Origin: Naegleria gruberi
Lineage: Eukaryota
Strand: one strand, 5' to 3'
NCBI GenBank assembly: GCA_000004985.1
Contig: GG738878.1
DNA: 64,000 bases
Part shown: positions 24,137-34,406 of the stretch, piece after piece
How the letters are laid out: each line of letters starts with the position of its first letter
How positions within the stretch are numbered: the first letter of the stretch is position 1
Program-made: the position numbers and the translations under genes
The notes under the pieces: generated by a model
What the model was told of the DNA's origin: nothing
Database searches by the model: none
What the model saw: only the letters and a program-made list of their open reading frames with translations

Positions 24137-24376
24137 CTCAATAATAATAACATTCGAATGCTTTTAATATTTCTTATTTCACCATTTTGTAATAGTGTTG
24201 GGTATCATTATTATAATCTGATTCCAATACATTATCTTGGAACATGTTAAAATACAAGAACTCATATTTCTGTCAAATTTCATTATAATCTCCACACGAT
24301 TGCAATCATTGAATGATTTTGTATGGTTTAATTTTAGCCAACTGACATCTCCAGTTAACTCATCATTCAAAAAAAT

Positions 24377-25678
24377 ATGAAAACATCTCTCTTGGTTTTA
24401 TGCACCTTGATGGTACTCTGTGTATCCATTATGGCTGTGTCTGGCTCCTTCTTGGAACAAATTGTGGAAATGTCACTTTCTGATTCTAGAAGTTTCAAGT
24501 CGGGTGGTGGTAGCTCTGGAGGAGGTAGCAAATCTGGAAGCAGTAGCAGCAGCTCTGGAAAGTCATCCAGTAAGTCATCCTCATCCTCCAGTAAGAGTAC
24601 TAGCTCTAGTAAAACCTCCACTTCAAAGAGTTATAGCAAGTCAACTGTCTCATCAAAGATGGCCTCAGCTTATTCTCAATATGCTAACAGTAGAATTGCT
24701 GGTATGAAGAATCCAGCCAGCACCATGGCTGGTCTCAAAGCTGCCAATTTGAATGCTCGTTTAAGTGCTCAACCAACTGCTACTGTCAATGGTAAATTGA
24801 CTGCTGCTGGTATCAAGGCCTCTTATCAAAATCGATTGAATACAAGAGTTGCTGCTGCCTATCAACAATATGCTCAATCCAGAATGGCTGCTGCCAAACC
24901 AACTGCTAAGCCAACCAATATTGCTGCAGCTTATCAACAATACGCCCAATCTAGAATTGCTGGTATGAAGAATCCTGCTAGCACTTTGTCTAAACCAACT
25001 GCCAAACCTGCCAATATTGCTGCTGCCTATCAACAATATGCTCAGTCCAGAATTGCTGGTTTGAAGAATCCTGCCAGTACTCTCCCAGGTAGTTTCAAGA
25101 TTGATAAGGGTTTGCTTACTGTTAATGAAGGTAAACCTGCCACTACTGGTTACGTTCCACAATCCAAGGCAGGTACTGTCATTGGTAAATCAGGTGTTAC
25201 TGTTGGTACTGGATTCGATGTTGGTCAACAAAATGTTAAGGGTTTGAAAGCTCTTGGACTTTCACCAAGTTTAGTCGACAAGCTTTCTCCATACACTGGA
25301 TTGAAGCAACAAGCAGCTAAGGACTTTTTGGCTAAGAATCCATTGTCCCTATCGCCTGCTGAAGTTGCATCCATTGATAAGGCAGTTATGGACAAGTTTT
25401 CTGCCAATTTGGCCAAAGATTATGCAGCTGCTGCTGCCAAGAATCCAACTGCTGTCAAGAATTTCAAGGATTTGCCAGCTCCTGTCCAATCAGTTGCTTA
25501 CAGTGTCTACCATCAATATGGAAGCTTCTCCAAGACTCCAAGCTTCATGAACAAGTTGGCCACCAATGATTACAATGGAATGGTTCATGAATTGAGAAAC
25601 TTTGGTGATTCTTACTCAACAAGAAGAAATCGTGAAGCTGATCATTTGGAAAGTGGTTTGAAGGCTGCTTCAGGATAA
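24377..25678 (+). CDS. secreted protein with a Ser/Lys-rich low-complexity region, AAYQQYAQSRIAGMKNPAST repeats and a C-terminal phage-type lysozyme-like domain (paralog of 13787..15121)
   Basis: The ORF is 433 aa. The signal peptide is MKTSLLVLCTLMVLCVSIMAVSG, followed by SFLEQIVEMSLSDS. A (S/K)n tract follows. Three copies of a ~22-aa AAYQQYAQSR(I/M)AG(M/L)KNPAST repeat come next. The conserved C-terminal domain (FKIDKGLLTVNEG...GVTVGTGFDVGQQ...YSTRRNREADHLESGLKAASG) is shared with the 13787 gene. Confidence 0.6.
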   Translation: MKTSLLVLCTLMVLCVSIMAVSGSFLEQIVEMSLSDSRSFKSGGGSSGGGSKSGSSSSSSGKSSSKSSSSSSKSTSSSKTSTSKSYSKSTVSSKMASAYSQYANSRIAGMKNPASTMAGLKAANLNARLSAQPTATVNGKLTAAGIKASYQNRLNTRVAAAYQQYAQSRMAAAKPTAKPTNIAAAYQQYAQSRIAGMKNPASTLSKPTAKPANIAAAYQQYAQSRIAGLKNPASTLPGSFKIDKGLLTVNEGKPATTGYVPQSKAGTVIGKSGVTVGTGFDVGQQNVKGLKALGLSPSLVDKLSPYTGLKQQAAKDFLAKNPLSLSPAEVASIDKAVMDKFSANLAKDYAAAAAKNPTAVKNFKDLPAPVQSVAYSVYHQYGSFSKTPSFMNKLATNDYNGMVHELRNFGDSYSTRRNREADHLESGLKAASG

Positions 25679-25774
25679 ATAAATTCTAATGTTGTTGCCA
25701 TCTCTGAACATACTGGAATATTGTCTCAAGTTTTGAATGCCTAGATTATATATTTGAGAATTATCTTGGAATAG

Positions 25775-27370
25775 TTAAAATCTCTTCCTCCTAATCAATT
25801 CAACCACCTCACTCATAAATTCCCTATCCTTGATGAGTTCTGGAGAAATAGATGTTAGAGAGCTGATTCCATGTATATTGAACAAATTCTCATCATGTTC
25901 CAACGCTGTGAGAACCACTTCCTTGTCCCTCTTAATTCTCTCATCGAACAATTGCAACAATGGGCCACTAATGGCTACAACTTGCAATGCAAATGATTTG
26001 TTGTGAAATAGTCCAGGTTGGAATAGCTTGAGTTTGAAAAGAGAGAAGGGATTTGACTTGCAAGCTTCGATAATCATATCAAAATCATCCTTGAATTTGG
26101 TCTTGTGAAGAAGATAGCCATTCTTTCTGATAGCTTCCAAGACGAAATCTCTGTTACCTGTTAGATCTGGGTGCAGGTAGCAATTTTCAGAATCTTTGGA
26201 TCCAATCGAATCAAGTACGAATTCCTTATTGAGTTGGAATGATTCGTGTGCGTATTCAAGTGCAGAGCTGTTCTGTTTCACTGCTGTTCGAATAATTTCC
26301 TCGTCCATCTTTAAATCATCACTAGCAAATTGTAAATCAGAACCTCTTCTTGCAACAGCTGTTAATACAATCTCTCTATCGCAGCGAAACCCTTCTGGTG
26401 TTACTGAGAGTGACATTCCATTCCTAACAAGGTTCATCACAACATTCCTATTCTTCATTAAAGAATCATTTATACCCTTCAAAGAGGTAATTTTGAAATT
26501 ATCTAAACAATGGTTAATAAACTCCTCGTCCTGTTTTAAATCTTTTGAAATGAAAGGAAATGCTTCCAAACTATTATTCATGGCTTCCAAAGCTATGACC
26601 TTATCTGATTTTAGAGATTGAGAAGCAAACTTTAACGATCCACCATTAGACTTAACTGCCTCTAAAACAATCTCCCTATCACTCCTTAACAGATCACTTG
26701 CATGATTCAAGTCATTTCCACAAGCTCTGACACATTTCAATACCAAATCTCTGTCCTCTCTGGCATCATCATTAAAGTAATCCAAACATCCACTTAATTC
26801 TACTCCAATACATGCTTCCATCACTTCCCTATCAGAGAAAACCTCAAATGGTAATTGATTAAGAGCAATCTTTGTTCCTTTCAAGGCTTCCAAAATCACA
26901 AATTTATCATTTTGCAAATCATCATCCAGCATTATGTAATTTCTAAAGTTATTCCTCACAGCTGTCAATATTAATTCTCTATCACTAACCAACAATTCAT
27001 CACTGATATACTCTGTAATAGAATGGCCAGTTTGAGCTGCAACCATCAACAATTCCCTATCATTGGAAATTAATTCGGAATAATCTTGCTCTTCTTCATC
27101 AGTGCGATGAGAGGATGGCAACGATTCCAAATAATTAAGCAATATATTAATACTCAAACCTCGCCTAATAGCTTGCAAGAATAATTCTCTACTACTTGGT
27201 GTTGTATTCATCAAATAATCTTCATACAAGACACTTAATTTAGAGAGAAACTTTTCCGATTTGAAACACAATACATCATCATTACCTTCATCACTTGTCT
27301 GCATTGTAGAATAATAGCTTGCACCAAAAATCAAAGGATTCCTTGATAAATTCATCATCCAAATAATCAA
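25775..27370 (-). CDS. DUF4116-type tandem-repeat protein
   Basis: The ORF is 531 aa. It holds at least 8 tandem ~37-aa repeats of the form D(R/K)E(I/F)VLxAVxxNGxxLxFASxxLKxDxE. An overlapping upstream ORF (27291..27602, other frame) carries one more repeat-like unit (SDREKIIQAITTINLDCFDYLDDEFI). The true start may therefore lie near 27602, with an indel or unresolved junction at about 27300-27370. Confidence 0.55.
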   Translation of the reverse strand: MIIWMMNLSRNPLIFGASYYSTMQTSDEGNDDVLCFKSEKFLSKLSVLYEDYLMNTTPSSRELFLQAIRRGLSINILLNYLESLPSSHRTDEEEQDYSELISNDRELLMVAAQTGHSITEYISDELLVSDRELILTAVRNNFRNYIMLDDDLQNDKFVILEALKGTKIALNQLPFEVFSDREVMEACIGVELSGCLDYFNDDAREDRDLVLKCVRACGNDLNHASDLLRSDREIVLEAVKSNGGSLKFASQSLKSDKVIALEAMNNSLEAFPFISKDLKQDEEFINHCLDNFKITSLKGINDSLMKNRNVVMNLVRNGMSLSVTPEGFRCDREIVLTAVARRGSDLQFASDDLKMDEEIIRTAVKQNSSALEYAHESFQLNKEFVLDSIGSKDSENCYLHPDLTGNRDFVLEAIRKNGYLLHKTKFKDDFDMIIEACKSNPFSLFKLKLFQPGLFHNKSFALQVVAISGPLLQLFDERIKRDKEVVLTALEHDENLFNIHGISSLTSISPELIKDREFMSEVVELIRRKRF

Positions 27371-27696
27371 AGCAATCTAAATTGATGGTGGTAATGGCTT
27401 GAATAATCTTCTCTCGATCGGAAATGAATTTTACAAGTGATGGATATGAAGAAAGAGTTTTTAAGAGTTTGTTTTCGAGAATTTCAGTTTGATATTTGAA
27501 TTGCAGTAAATCTGAGGTTGATGATTGGAAATGATCGAGTAAAATTACGACTAGATGTTCCTTCATTTTTTTTGTCTTTTCAATATATTGATTTAGATGC
27601 ATCTGTTACTCATCCGTAAGGTTTAAGTTGTTTCCTTAATAAATAAACATTGTTATTACATACTATATCATTGCATATTTCACAAATTTGATGTGA

Positions 27697-27770
27697 GCGC
27701 CGTTAGATCAGTTGGTTAGATCGTCAGCTTTACACGCTGAAGGTCAAGGGTTCGACTCCCTTACGGCGTA
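27697..27770 (+). tRNA. tRNA-Val (anticodon UAC)
   Basis: The cloverleaf is acceptor GCGCCGT/ACGGCGT, D-arm GATC-AGTTGGTTA-GATC, anticodon stem TCAGC/GCTGA with loop TTTACAC (U33, TAC, A37), variable loop AGGTC, T-arm AAGGG-TTCGACT-CCCTT and discriminator A. A T-run lies immediately 3'. Confidence 0.85.
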
Positions 27771-27772
27771 TC

Positions 27773-27778
27773 TTTTTT
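27773..27778 (+). terminator. RNA polymerase III T-run terminator for the tRNA-Val gene
   Basis: TTTTTT lies 3 nt after the tRNA discriminator base. Confidence 0.5.
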
Positions 27779-27906
27779 AGGCCATCTTTTCCTTACTCCC
27801 TAAATCTTGCAAATTTTCTCTAAACTCTTATAAATTGTGTCAAATGATACCAATAATTTTTGTAAAGTTTACAATAAAATCTGTTTTAAAAAATAGCCCA
27901 AATTGA

Positions 27907-29226
27907 ATGAAGGAAATTATTCCCCTCTGTTTTGGACAATGTGGTATCAATATTGGCTCTGATTTTATTCAACAAATCTACAGGGAACATTTTTTCCCTT
28001 CCAAATCTTCATCCTCATCAATTCATGATCGGAATGCTAATTATAATGAAAATGATGAATTGATGATGAATACAATGAGAGGAGAAGCCTCTATTTACTT
28101 TTCCGAATCATCCAATAGTACATTCACCTCTCGGGGTCTTTTAATTGATTTACAAAGCCAATTTAAATATCAATCTAAATTGTTGAATAATGATGAAATA
28201 CAAAATACAATTGATTTGAATAATAATGTAATATTTCCAAGACAGAATGGTGTGTATTGCTCTCCAGATTGGCCAGGTGGTAAATATGAATCCGGAGCTG
28301 ATTTATTTACCAATGATGTGATGGATCGAGTGAGGAAATTATTGGAGGATTGTGATTCGTTTCATGGATTTCAGTTTTTTCATGGGATGGTTGGATCTTC
28401 GAGTGGTTTCTACTCGAGAATTTGTGCACATTTGAGAGAGGAGTATCCTGATAAGATGTTTTGGTCATGTAGTGTATTTCATGATTCCAAGAGTGAGGAT
28501 AAAGCAGTGTGGATGTATGATTCCATATTGACCTTTCAGTACATGATGGAGCTCAATGATATGATTACCTGTGTGAGGAATAGTGAGCTAATTGATAAAT
28601 GTGTACAGAATGGAAAGGATTATCCAACTTATAGAGATTATAATAATGTGATTAGAAGCTTCTTTCCAAACATTACATCAGTTTTTAGGTATCCTTCTCA
28701 ACAAGGATGTGATTTGAGGAAAATGTGTCTCAATCTTGCACCTACCAGACACTGCTTGATTGAAGTTAGTGAAACTACTGCTTTACAAAATGAGACAACA
28801 CCTATTTATGAAACAATTTATAATTTGAATAGTCAATTGATTCAACAAAAGAGTTCAGAGAAGATCCTTTCTGCCATTTCAATATTGAGAGCTAGTGGAA
28901 CATTGGGCTTGGAAGCAGAAAGAAACCTTCGGAAATCAGTCAAAGATCATTCACAATCAGAATTTCCATTCAAACCCCTTGTTGTGAATCAACAATCAAG
29001 CGATAACACGATCAGCAATACATTGCTTACCAACTCTTCATCAATTACCACGGCTCTGGAAAATATTTATGAAGTAACAGAAAGATTTTTCAGAAGGAAA
29101 ACTTTCATTTATGGATACACAAGAGGAGGATTAGAGGAAATGGAAATTACTGAATCTCAGTATTATCTTCGAGAGGCTATTGATACTTATACAGAGAGCG
29201 AACCTAAAGAAGATGAACTTGCTTAA
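27907..29226 (+). CDS. highly divergent tubulin-superfamily protein with a degenerate GTP-binding signature
   Basis: The ORF is 439 aa. The N-terminus MKEIIPLCFGQCGINIGSDFIQQIYREHF aligns with tubulin MREI..GQCGNQIG..FW. The segment HGFQFFHGMVGSSSGFYSRICAHLREEYPDKM aligns with tubulin [32 protein letters not shown], but the glycine loop is GMVGSSSG rather than GGGTGSG. The rest is strongly diverged. Confidence 0.6.
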   Translation: MKEIIPLCFGQCGINIGSDFIQQIYREHFFPSKSSSSSIHDRNANYNENDELMMNTMRGEASIYFSESSNSTFTSRGLLIDLQSQFKYQSKLLNNDEIQNTIDLNNNVIFPRQNGVYCSPDWPGGKYESGADLFTNDVMDRVRKLLEDCDSFHGFQFFHGMVGSSSGFYSRICAHLREEYPDKMFWSCSVFHDSKSEDKAVWMYDSILTFQYMMELNDMITCVRNSELIDKCVQNGKDYPTYRDYNNVIRSFFPNITSVFRYPSQQGCDLRKMCLNLAPTRHCLIEVSETTALQNETTPIYETIYNLNSQLIQQKSSEKILSAISILRASGTLGLEAERNLRKSVKDHSQSEFPFKPLVVNQQSSDNTISNTLLTNSSSITTALENIYEVTERFFRRKTFIYGYTRGGLEEMEITESQYYLREAIDTYTESEPKEDELA

Positions 29227-29587
29227 CCAGTTTGCTACTAATTAATTGGTCAACGTTTATTGTCTCCTTCGAGTGTCTTTATTTCTAAAAGTAATGAAAT
29301 TTAAGACAACGATGGGAGAGGAACAGTATTGCCATAGAAATATTCTCAGTTCAATACATATTAGAAAGTGGATCAATTAGTGACCTCAATGACGCCGTTT
29401 TCACACTTGATGAATCACCAGAGGATGTGGAATTATCTACATTTGGAATGGTTTTCACACCTTTACAATACGTTGTTACTTGACTTACACTTATCATACA
29501 AAAATATAGCCACCTTCGTTGCATTTCCACATCATGACAGTTCAATAAAACAATAGTACTCAATCAGTGAGTGGTAAAATAAAAACT

Positions 29588-30400
29588 TTACTTTCCTAAA
29601 GCAAGAGCCAAGAATCCAGTTTCCTCTGCCAAACAAATTTCATATCCATCACAATCAGAAATAATCACCACTTCAACATCGGCCTTTCCAGGTGTTGGTA
29701 AAACAATTGGTTCCTTAACAATGGAAATTCCAGTCGAAACAAAAACTTCCTCTTCCTTTGCTTTCAATACTTTTTGATGCATTTCCTTAATATCGACCTT
29801 TGATGAAATTGCCAATCGACCAAAAGCTTCTCCATGAATCAATTCCTCACTCTCACTCAATTGAACAAATTCAATTTTGGCTTGATCTTGAGCAAAACCT
29901 AATAGGGCTCTATTTTCTCCTCTCTTGAAAACTTGCATTCCCAAAACTTGAGTATAGAATTGAATTTGTTTTTCCAAATTCTTGGTATGAAGTGAAATGT
30001 ATTGAACTTGATCATGTTCGAAAGAGTTTCTCTCACTTTCTTCCAAGTCTCTTTCTCTATTCACAAGCACATAGGTATATCCATTCGGATCAACAATAGT
30101 TTGCTTACTCTCAGCTGCCTTATCATGATGAATAACAATTTCTCTAAAATCATTACCCAACTTGTAACTCTTAATTCCATGATTTGCTGTCAATTCCAAA
30201 ACAAAGTGAAGATCTTCAGGTCCATATCCAATCATTGTCTTGGTCCAACTCAAATTATATCGACCATTACAAGCTGCTTCACATCCTGCATCAAATGATT
30301 CATGTCTCTGTTCAACCATGTTCAATTCCTTCTCATAGAATTGTTTAGACTTGGAATAGTTACCAATTTTGTGTACCCAATGAAGCATTCGGAATGACAT
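29588..30400 (-). CDS. glyoxalase domain-containing protein 4 (GLOD4-like, two VOC/glyoxalase-I domains)
   Basis: The ORF is 270 aa. It is collinear with GLOD4 (MSFRMLHWVHKIGNYSKSKQFYEKELNM.., ..GCEAACNGRYNLSWTKTMIGYGPEDLHFVLELTANHGIKSYKLGNDF.., ..LPTPGKADVEVVIISDCDGYEICLAEE). Confidence 0.8.
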   Translation of the reverse strand: MSFRMLHWVHKIGNYSKSKQFYEKELNMVEQRHESFDAGCEAACNGRYNLSWTKTMIGYGPEDLHFVLELTANHGIKSYKLGNDFREIVIHHDKAAESKQTIVDPNGYTYVLVNRERDLEESERNSFEHDQVQYISLHTKNLEKQIQFYTQVLGMQVFKRGENRALLGFAQDQAKIEFVQLSESEELIHGEAFGRLAISSKVDIKEMHQKVLKAKEEEVFVSTGISIVKEPIVLPTPGKADVEVVIISDCDGYEICLAEETGFLALALGK

Positions 30401-31428
30401 GATGATGATGATTAATTATTGATTATTATTAATATATTTGTTATCTTGTTATTAAATCTTTGATGATAATAAATTAATTTCTTCTCTCTTTAATTAAAAT
30501 TATTAATAATAATAAATATTAATTGATGATGATGATCAATAAGAAGAAGAATTTGATTTTTTTTCTGTTGTTTGGTTTGAAGGAGATGATAATCAACTAG
30601 ATGATTTATTGTTTTTTCAAATGGATTGGAATTACGGAGTTGAAGAGGAGAAACTATTGGTTGGAATTTCAGACAAGTAACTCCTGAAGATTGTGAATGG
30701 TTCAACCTTCATCAGGAGTAATAAGACTGAGGAGGAATGTTATTATGAATTTATTGTGTTGTGAACAAGTTCAAAGATTACATGAATTTGTTTGAATTGT
30801 ACTTGTATGATCTTATTTAGAGGGTTTATGTTGGTTGGTATCAACCTTCCACTTGTATTTTCTCCTTCTTCTGAAGATATTCTATGAATTATCTTCCTCA
30901 CACTTGTTAGATTCCTCAATAGCTTCCTCTGTTGATAATGTTCTTTGCCTTCTCAAATTATTGATGATGTTATGTTCAAGTACTTCTTTGCCTACCTTCT
31001 CAAAAGGTACCAATTTTACTTTTAATTATCGAGTTGTTGATGCTTGGAAGTGAAGACGCATCTTCCAACAATATTCTTCATAAGCAACTAATAGATGATG
31101 TGTACACGAAGTGAGAGTTGCTTTTCGATTTGTCTTCAGGCAATTAAATCCCCAAGATGATTTCCCTTCTGATGATGAATGGTTGTACACACTATAGTTG
31201 TTAGGCTTGCGTTCCGAATGTTATTGTATTCTTCATCCAATTAAAAGCCTTCCAATCCATCTGATAAACATCTTAACGATAACTTCAACAATTTTTATGT
31301 ATTATTGTTCTTCTCTTTTCAAAGCCTTTTTGCCTTCTCTTCATCAAATTGGCTTGAAAAAATTTTCATTGTAAAAAGCGTGGATGAGCAAACAACTTTA
31401 AAAATTGTTCGAAAAAAAAAGTCAAAAA

Positions 31429-32040
31429 ATGGGCGCCTATAAGTACTTGAATGCCTTGTATAAGAAGAAGCAATCTGATGCTTTGAGATATTTGTTGAGA
31501 GTCCGTGCTTGGGAATTAAGACAATTGCCAGGTATCCACAGAGTTAACCACCCAACCAGACCAGACAAGGCTCACGCTCTTGGTTTCAAATCCAAGCAAG
31601 GTTACGTCATCTACAGAGTCAGAATTCGTAGAGGTGGTCGTAAAAAGCAAGTCCCAGGTGGTAGAGTCAATGGTAAGCCAGCTACTCAAGGTATCCACTT
31701 GAAGCCAAAGAGAAACTTGCAAGTTGTTGCTGAAGGCAGAGTTGGTAAGAGAATTGGTGGTTTGAGAATTTTGAACTCATACTGGGTTAACCAAGACGGT
31801 AGATACAAGTGGTTCGAAGTCATCTGTGTTGATCCATCTGCTGAATCAATCAGAGTTGATCCACAAGTTAACTGGATCGCTTCTCCAAAGCATAAGCACA
31901 GAGAAATGAGAGGTTTGACTTCCTCTGGTAAGAGACACAGAGGTCTCAGAACTAAGGGGTGTACCTCATCCAAGGTTAGACCATCCAGAAGAGGCGGTTG
32001 GAAGAGAAGAAACACCACCAAGTTGCAAAGAAAGAGATAA
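31429..32040 (+). CDS. RPL15: 60S ribosomal protein L15 (eL15)
   Basis: [78 protein letters not shown]... is a near-canonical eL15 sequence. The gene is a single exon. The ORF-track start at 31405 is a TTG, and the true ATG is at 31429. Confidence 0.9.
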   Translation: MGAYKYLNALYKKKQSDALRYLLRVRAWELRQLPGIHRVNHPTRPDKAHALGFKSKQGYVIYRVRIRRGGRKKQVPGGRVNGKPATQGIHLKPKRNLQVVAEGRVGKRIGGLRILNSYWVNQDGRYKWFEVICVDPSAESIRVDPQVNWIASPKHKHREMRGLTSSGKRHRGLRTKGCTSSKVRPSRRGGWKRRNTTKLQRKR

Positions 32041-32807
32041 ATCTGAGTGTTTGGTGTTCTCCTATAATAAAATCAATATTAAATTTAATTGTTGTTTTTT
32101 GGTTTTGTGTGACAACAGGATAGTTTTGTTACTTGATTGAGCAAATGTTGTTGAAAATGTATTATCGCTGGATGGAGATTGGTTTTAATTAAATATTGAA
32201 AATATTGAATCTATGCTTTCTAGGGAAGTAAAACAGAATTTTTCATTGTCATTCACAGTGCAAAGGTGATGTCAATATGATTCCGAACTTTTTCATTCAA
32301 TAAAATCAACAATCTGTTTCAAACTAAGTGTGGTGAGCACACTATAAATTGTTATGGTTCCACAGCTAGCGTCTATTGTTATTGAAGATTTGATTTCTTC
32401 TTTGATTAATAGTAATGGAAGCATTGTCAATTAAATTGACCGAGGTCACTGTTGCGCTCAAAGAAACGATGGCAAAGTTACTGACACTCGAAAACCCTTT
32501 ACCCAATATTCAATTATTTCTCAAACACAACATACTAAAGGTTTCTAATATTATTTAATGAAAGAAATGAATAGAAAAGTTCATTGTATTGTGCTGTATT
32601 TACAACTATTGATCTTCAAAAGCCAAAAACAAGTTCGTATCAACCATCAACCTTCTTATTTGGAACATTACTCGAAATTTCTGCCACATTTCACTTTTCC
32701 ATTGTTTTTACTGCGATAGCATTTTGACATTTTCCATTTGAAAAAAACAAACACCAACAAGTATATTCACCCTTTCATATTTAATTTCTGCTTGATATCT
32801 CATTGAA

Positions 32808-34406
32808 ATGATGTCAAATAATACAGTGACAGTTGGCAACTCAACAATTTGCCATGAATTTCTGTTTAATACAACATCGAGCAGAGAAATTCTACCTTCA
32901 ATTGAATATGATATCTGTCCTGATACCTACATTTCGTTTTGTAAGTTTCCCACAATCTCTACAATTGTGAATCCTAAACCAAACTAAACCTGTATTCGAA
33001 ACAATACAATAGCCATACTGTTGGCCTTTCTCACTGGATACATTCTACTTCTCCTCATCACTACCATTCTTGTCATATGGAAACGAAACTCTGGACATAT
33101 CCTTGCTCGTGATCCAGCTCAGTTAATCTTAACCATGTTGACAGGATTTCAATTTGTGGCCATTTTCTCACTTCGAATAATTATTGGAAGAAAGATCTTT
33201 CCATGTGCCCTGTATTCATATTGTTTCTTTGTTGTGGGGCCTGTAATTTGTCTTCCTTCCATATGTAGAAGTTTAAAATTATATTTCCATTTCAAGTTAA
33301 ATCTTCAGAAAATGAAATTCTTCAAGGAAAGTGAAACTCCAGACGATTCTTCATCTGTATTTTCAAGTTCTGATTCCATGTCTCATAATTCAGTGAAACA
33401 GAAATTACCAAATTTGAGAGTTTTGAAATTTTATCAATTTATGGTTAGCCACAAATTTATTATTGCAACCTATATCGGAGTTTTTATTATTCAAACCGCA
33501 ATATGGGCTATCGTTGGTGGAATTGATGAGATTTTATATTCACTCAATACGGATTTACAAAATAGGAAAAGGTTTTTTGTGAGTCCAGGATTTTTTGAAT
33601 TTAAAATTGGATGCAGTTTGACAAGTGGAATTTTAATTGTAATCTTGATTGAGTCAGTGTTTTATATTGCAGCTGAGGTGATTACATTGATAATGTGTAT
33701 TAGATCTGATAGAGATACTTGGTCAATTAAGAAGGAAACTTTGATTTATGTCATTGTTCAATCAATTGGAATTTCTCTATTTGTCATTTCATCATTTATT
33801 GATATCATGTCAATATTGGTTGATTATTTCGTACCATATGCCTTGTTCATGTTTGGAGCTCTTGCTTTGGAAACTATCATTTGTGTGCTACTTCCTGTGT
33901 GTTATGCTATTAGAAAGGATTTCCACTCAACACATCACAATCCACAAGATAGCACTCTGGAAAGTATTTTGAAAAACAAGAAGGGATTCAAAACAATTCT
34001 CGATTTTGCTCGTAGATCCTATTGTCCAGAAGCAGTTCTCTGTTGGTCTGATATTCAGAGATTTAAGGATTGTAAGAAACGTGAGAAAAAGCTTGAAATT
34101 GCCAAGTATATTATTGAGCATTATTTGACACCTTCCAGTTATTTAGAGTTAAATATGCCACAATTGGCAAATGTCAAGGAGGAATTAAGTTTGATGGTGA
34201 TGGGTTCAGCAAGTACAGTTTCTAATGATGTATTCGATATGATTGAGAATCATTGTTTGCAGGATTTGGCTGATTTACAGCATAGATTGGTGAGCAGTGA
34301 TAAATTTATCGCATCAATGGTGCAAGAATTGAAGGAATTACAAAGATTGAAAGCAAGCTGTGAAGAGAAGGTAGAAGAAACTTTCAATGTTGAATTGGAA
34401 ATTTAA
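32808..34406 (+). CDS. seven-transmembrane protein with a C-terminal RGS domain (7TM-RGS); two exons join(32808..32940, 33013..34406)
   Basis: Exon 1 is MMSNNTVTVGNSTICHEFLFNTTSS... with NxS/T sequons, typical of an extracellular GPCR N-terminus. It ends TTT T|GTAAGT. The acceptor CAATAG|CC restores the frame. Exon 2 encodes about 7 hydrophobic helices and then an RGS-like domain (KTILDFARRSYCPEAVLCWSDIQRFKD..AKYIIEHYLTPSSYLELNMPQ), followed by a coiled-coil tail. Confidence 0.6.

Noticed and set aside
30678-30720. An imperfect 11-12-bp stem-loop (TAACTCCTGAAG ... CTTCATCAGGAGTA) in the GLOD4/RPL15 intergenic region
   Set aside because: One such hairpin is expected by chance in 64 kb. It has one bulge, no flanking conserved boxes (no C/D or H/ACA features) and no second copy. 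There is not enough evidence for an ncRNA or regulatory element.
31405-31428. An 8-codon N-terminal extension (MFEKKSQK) of RPL15 suggested by the ORF track
   Set aside because: The track start is a TTG. The canonical eL15 N-terminus MGAYKY begins at the ATG at 31429. The extension is 5' UTR.
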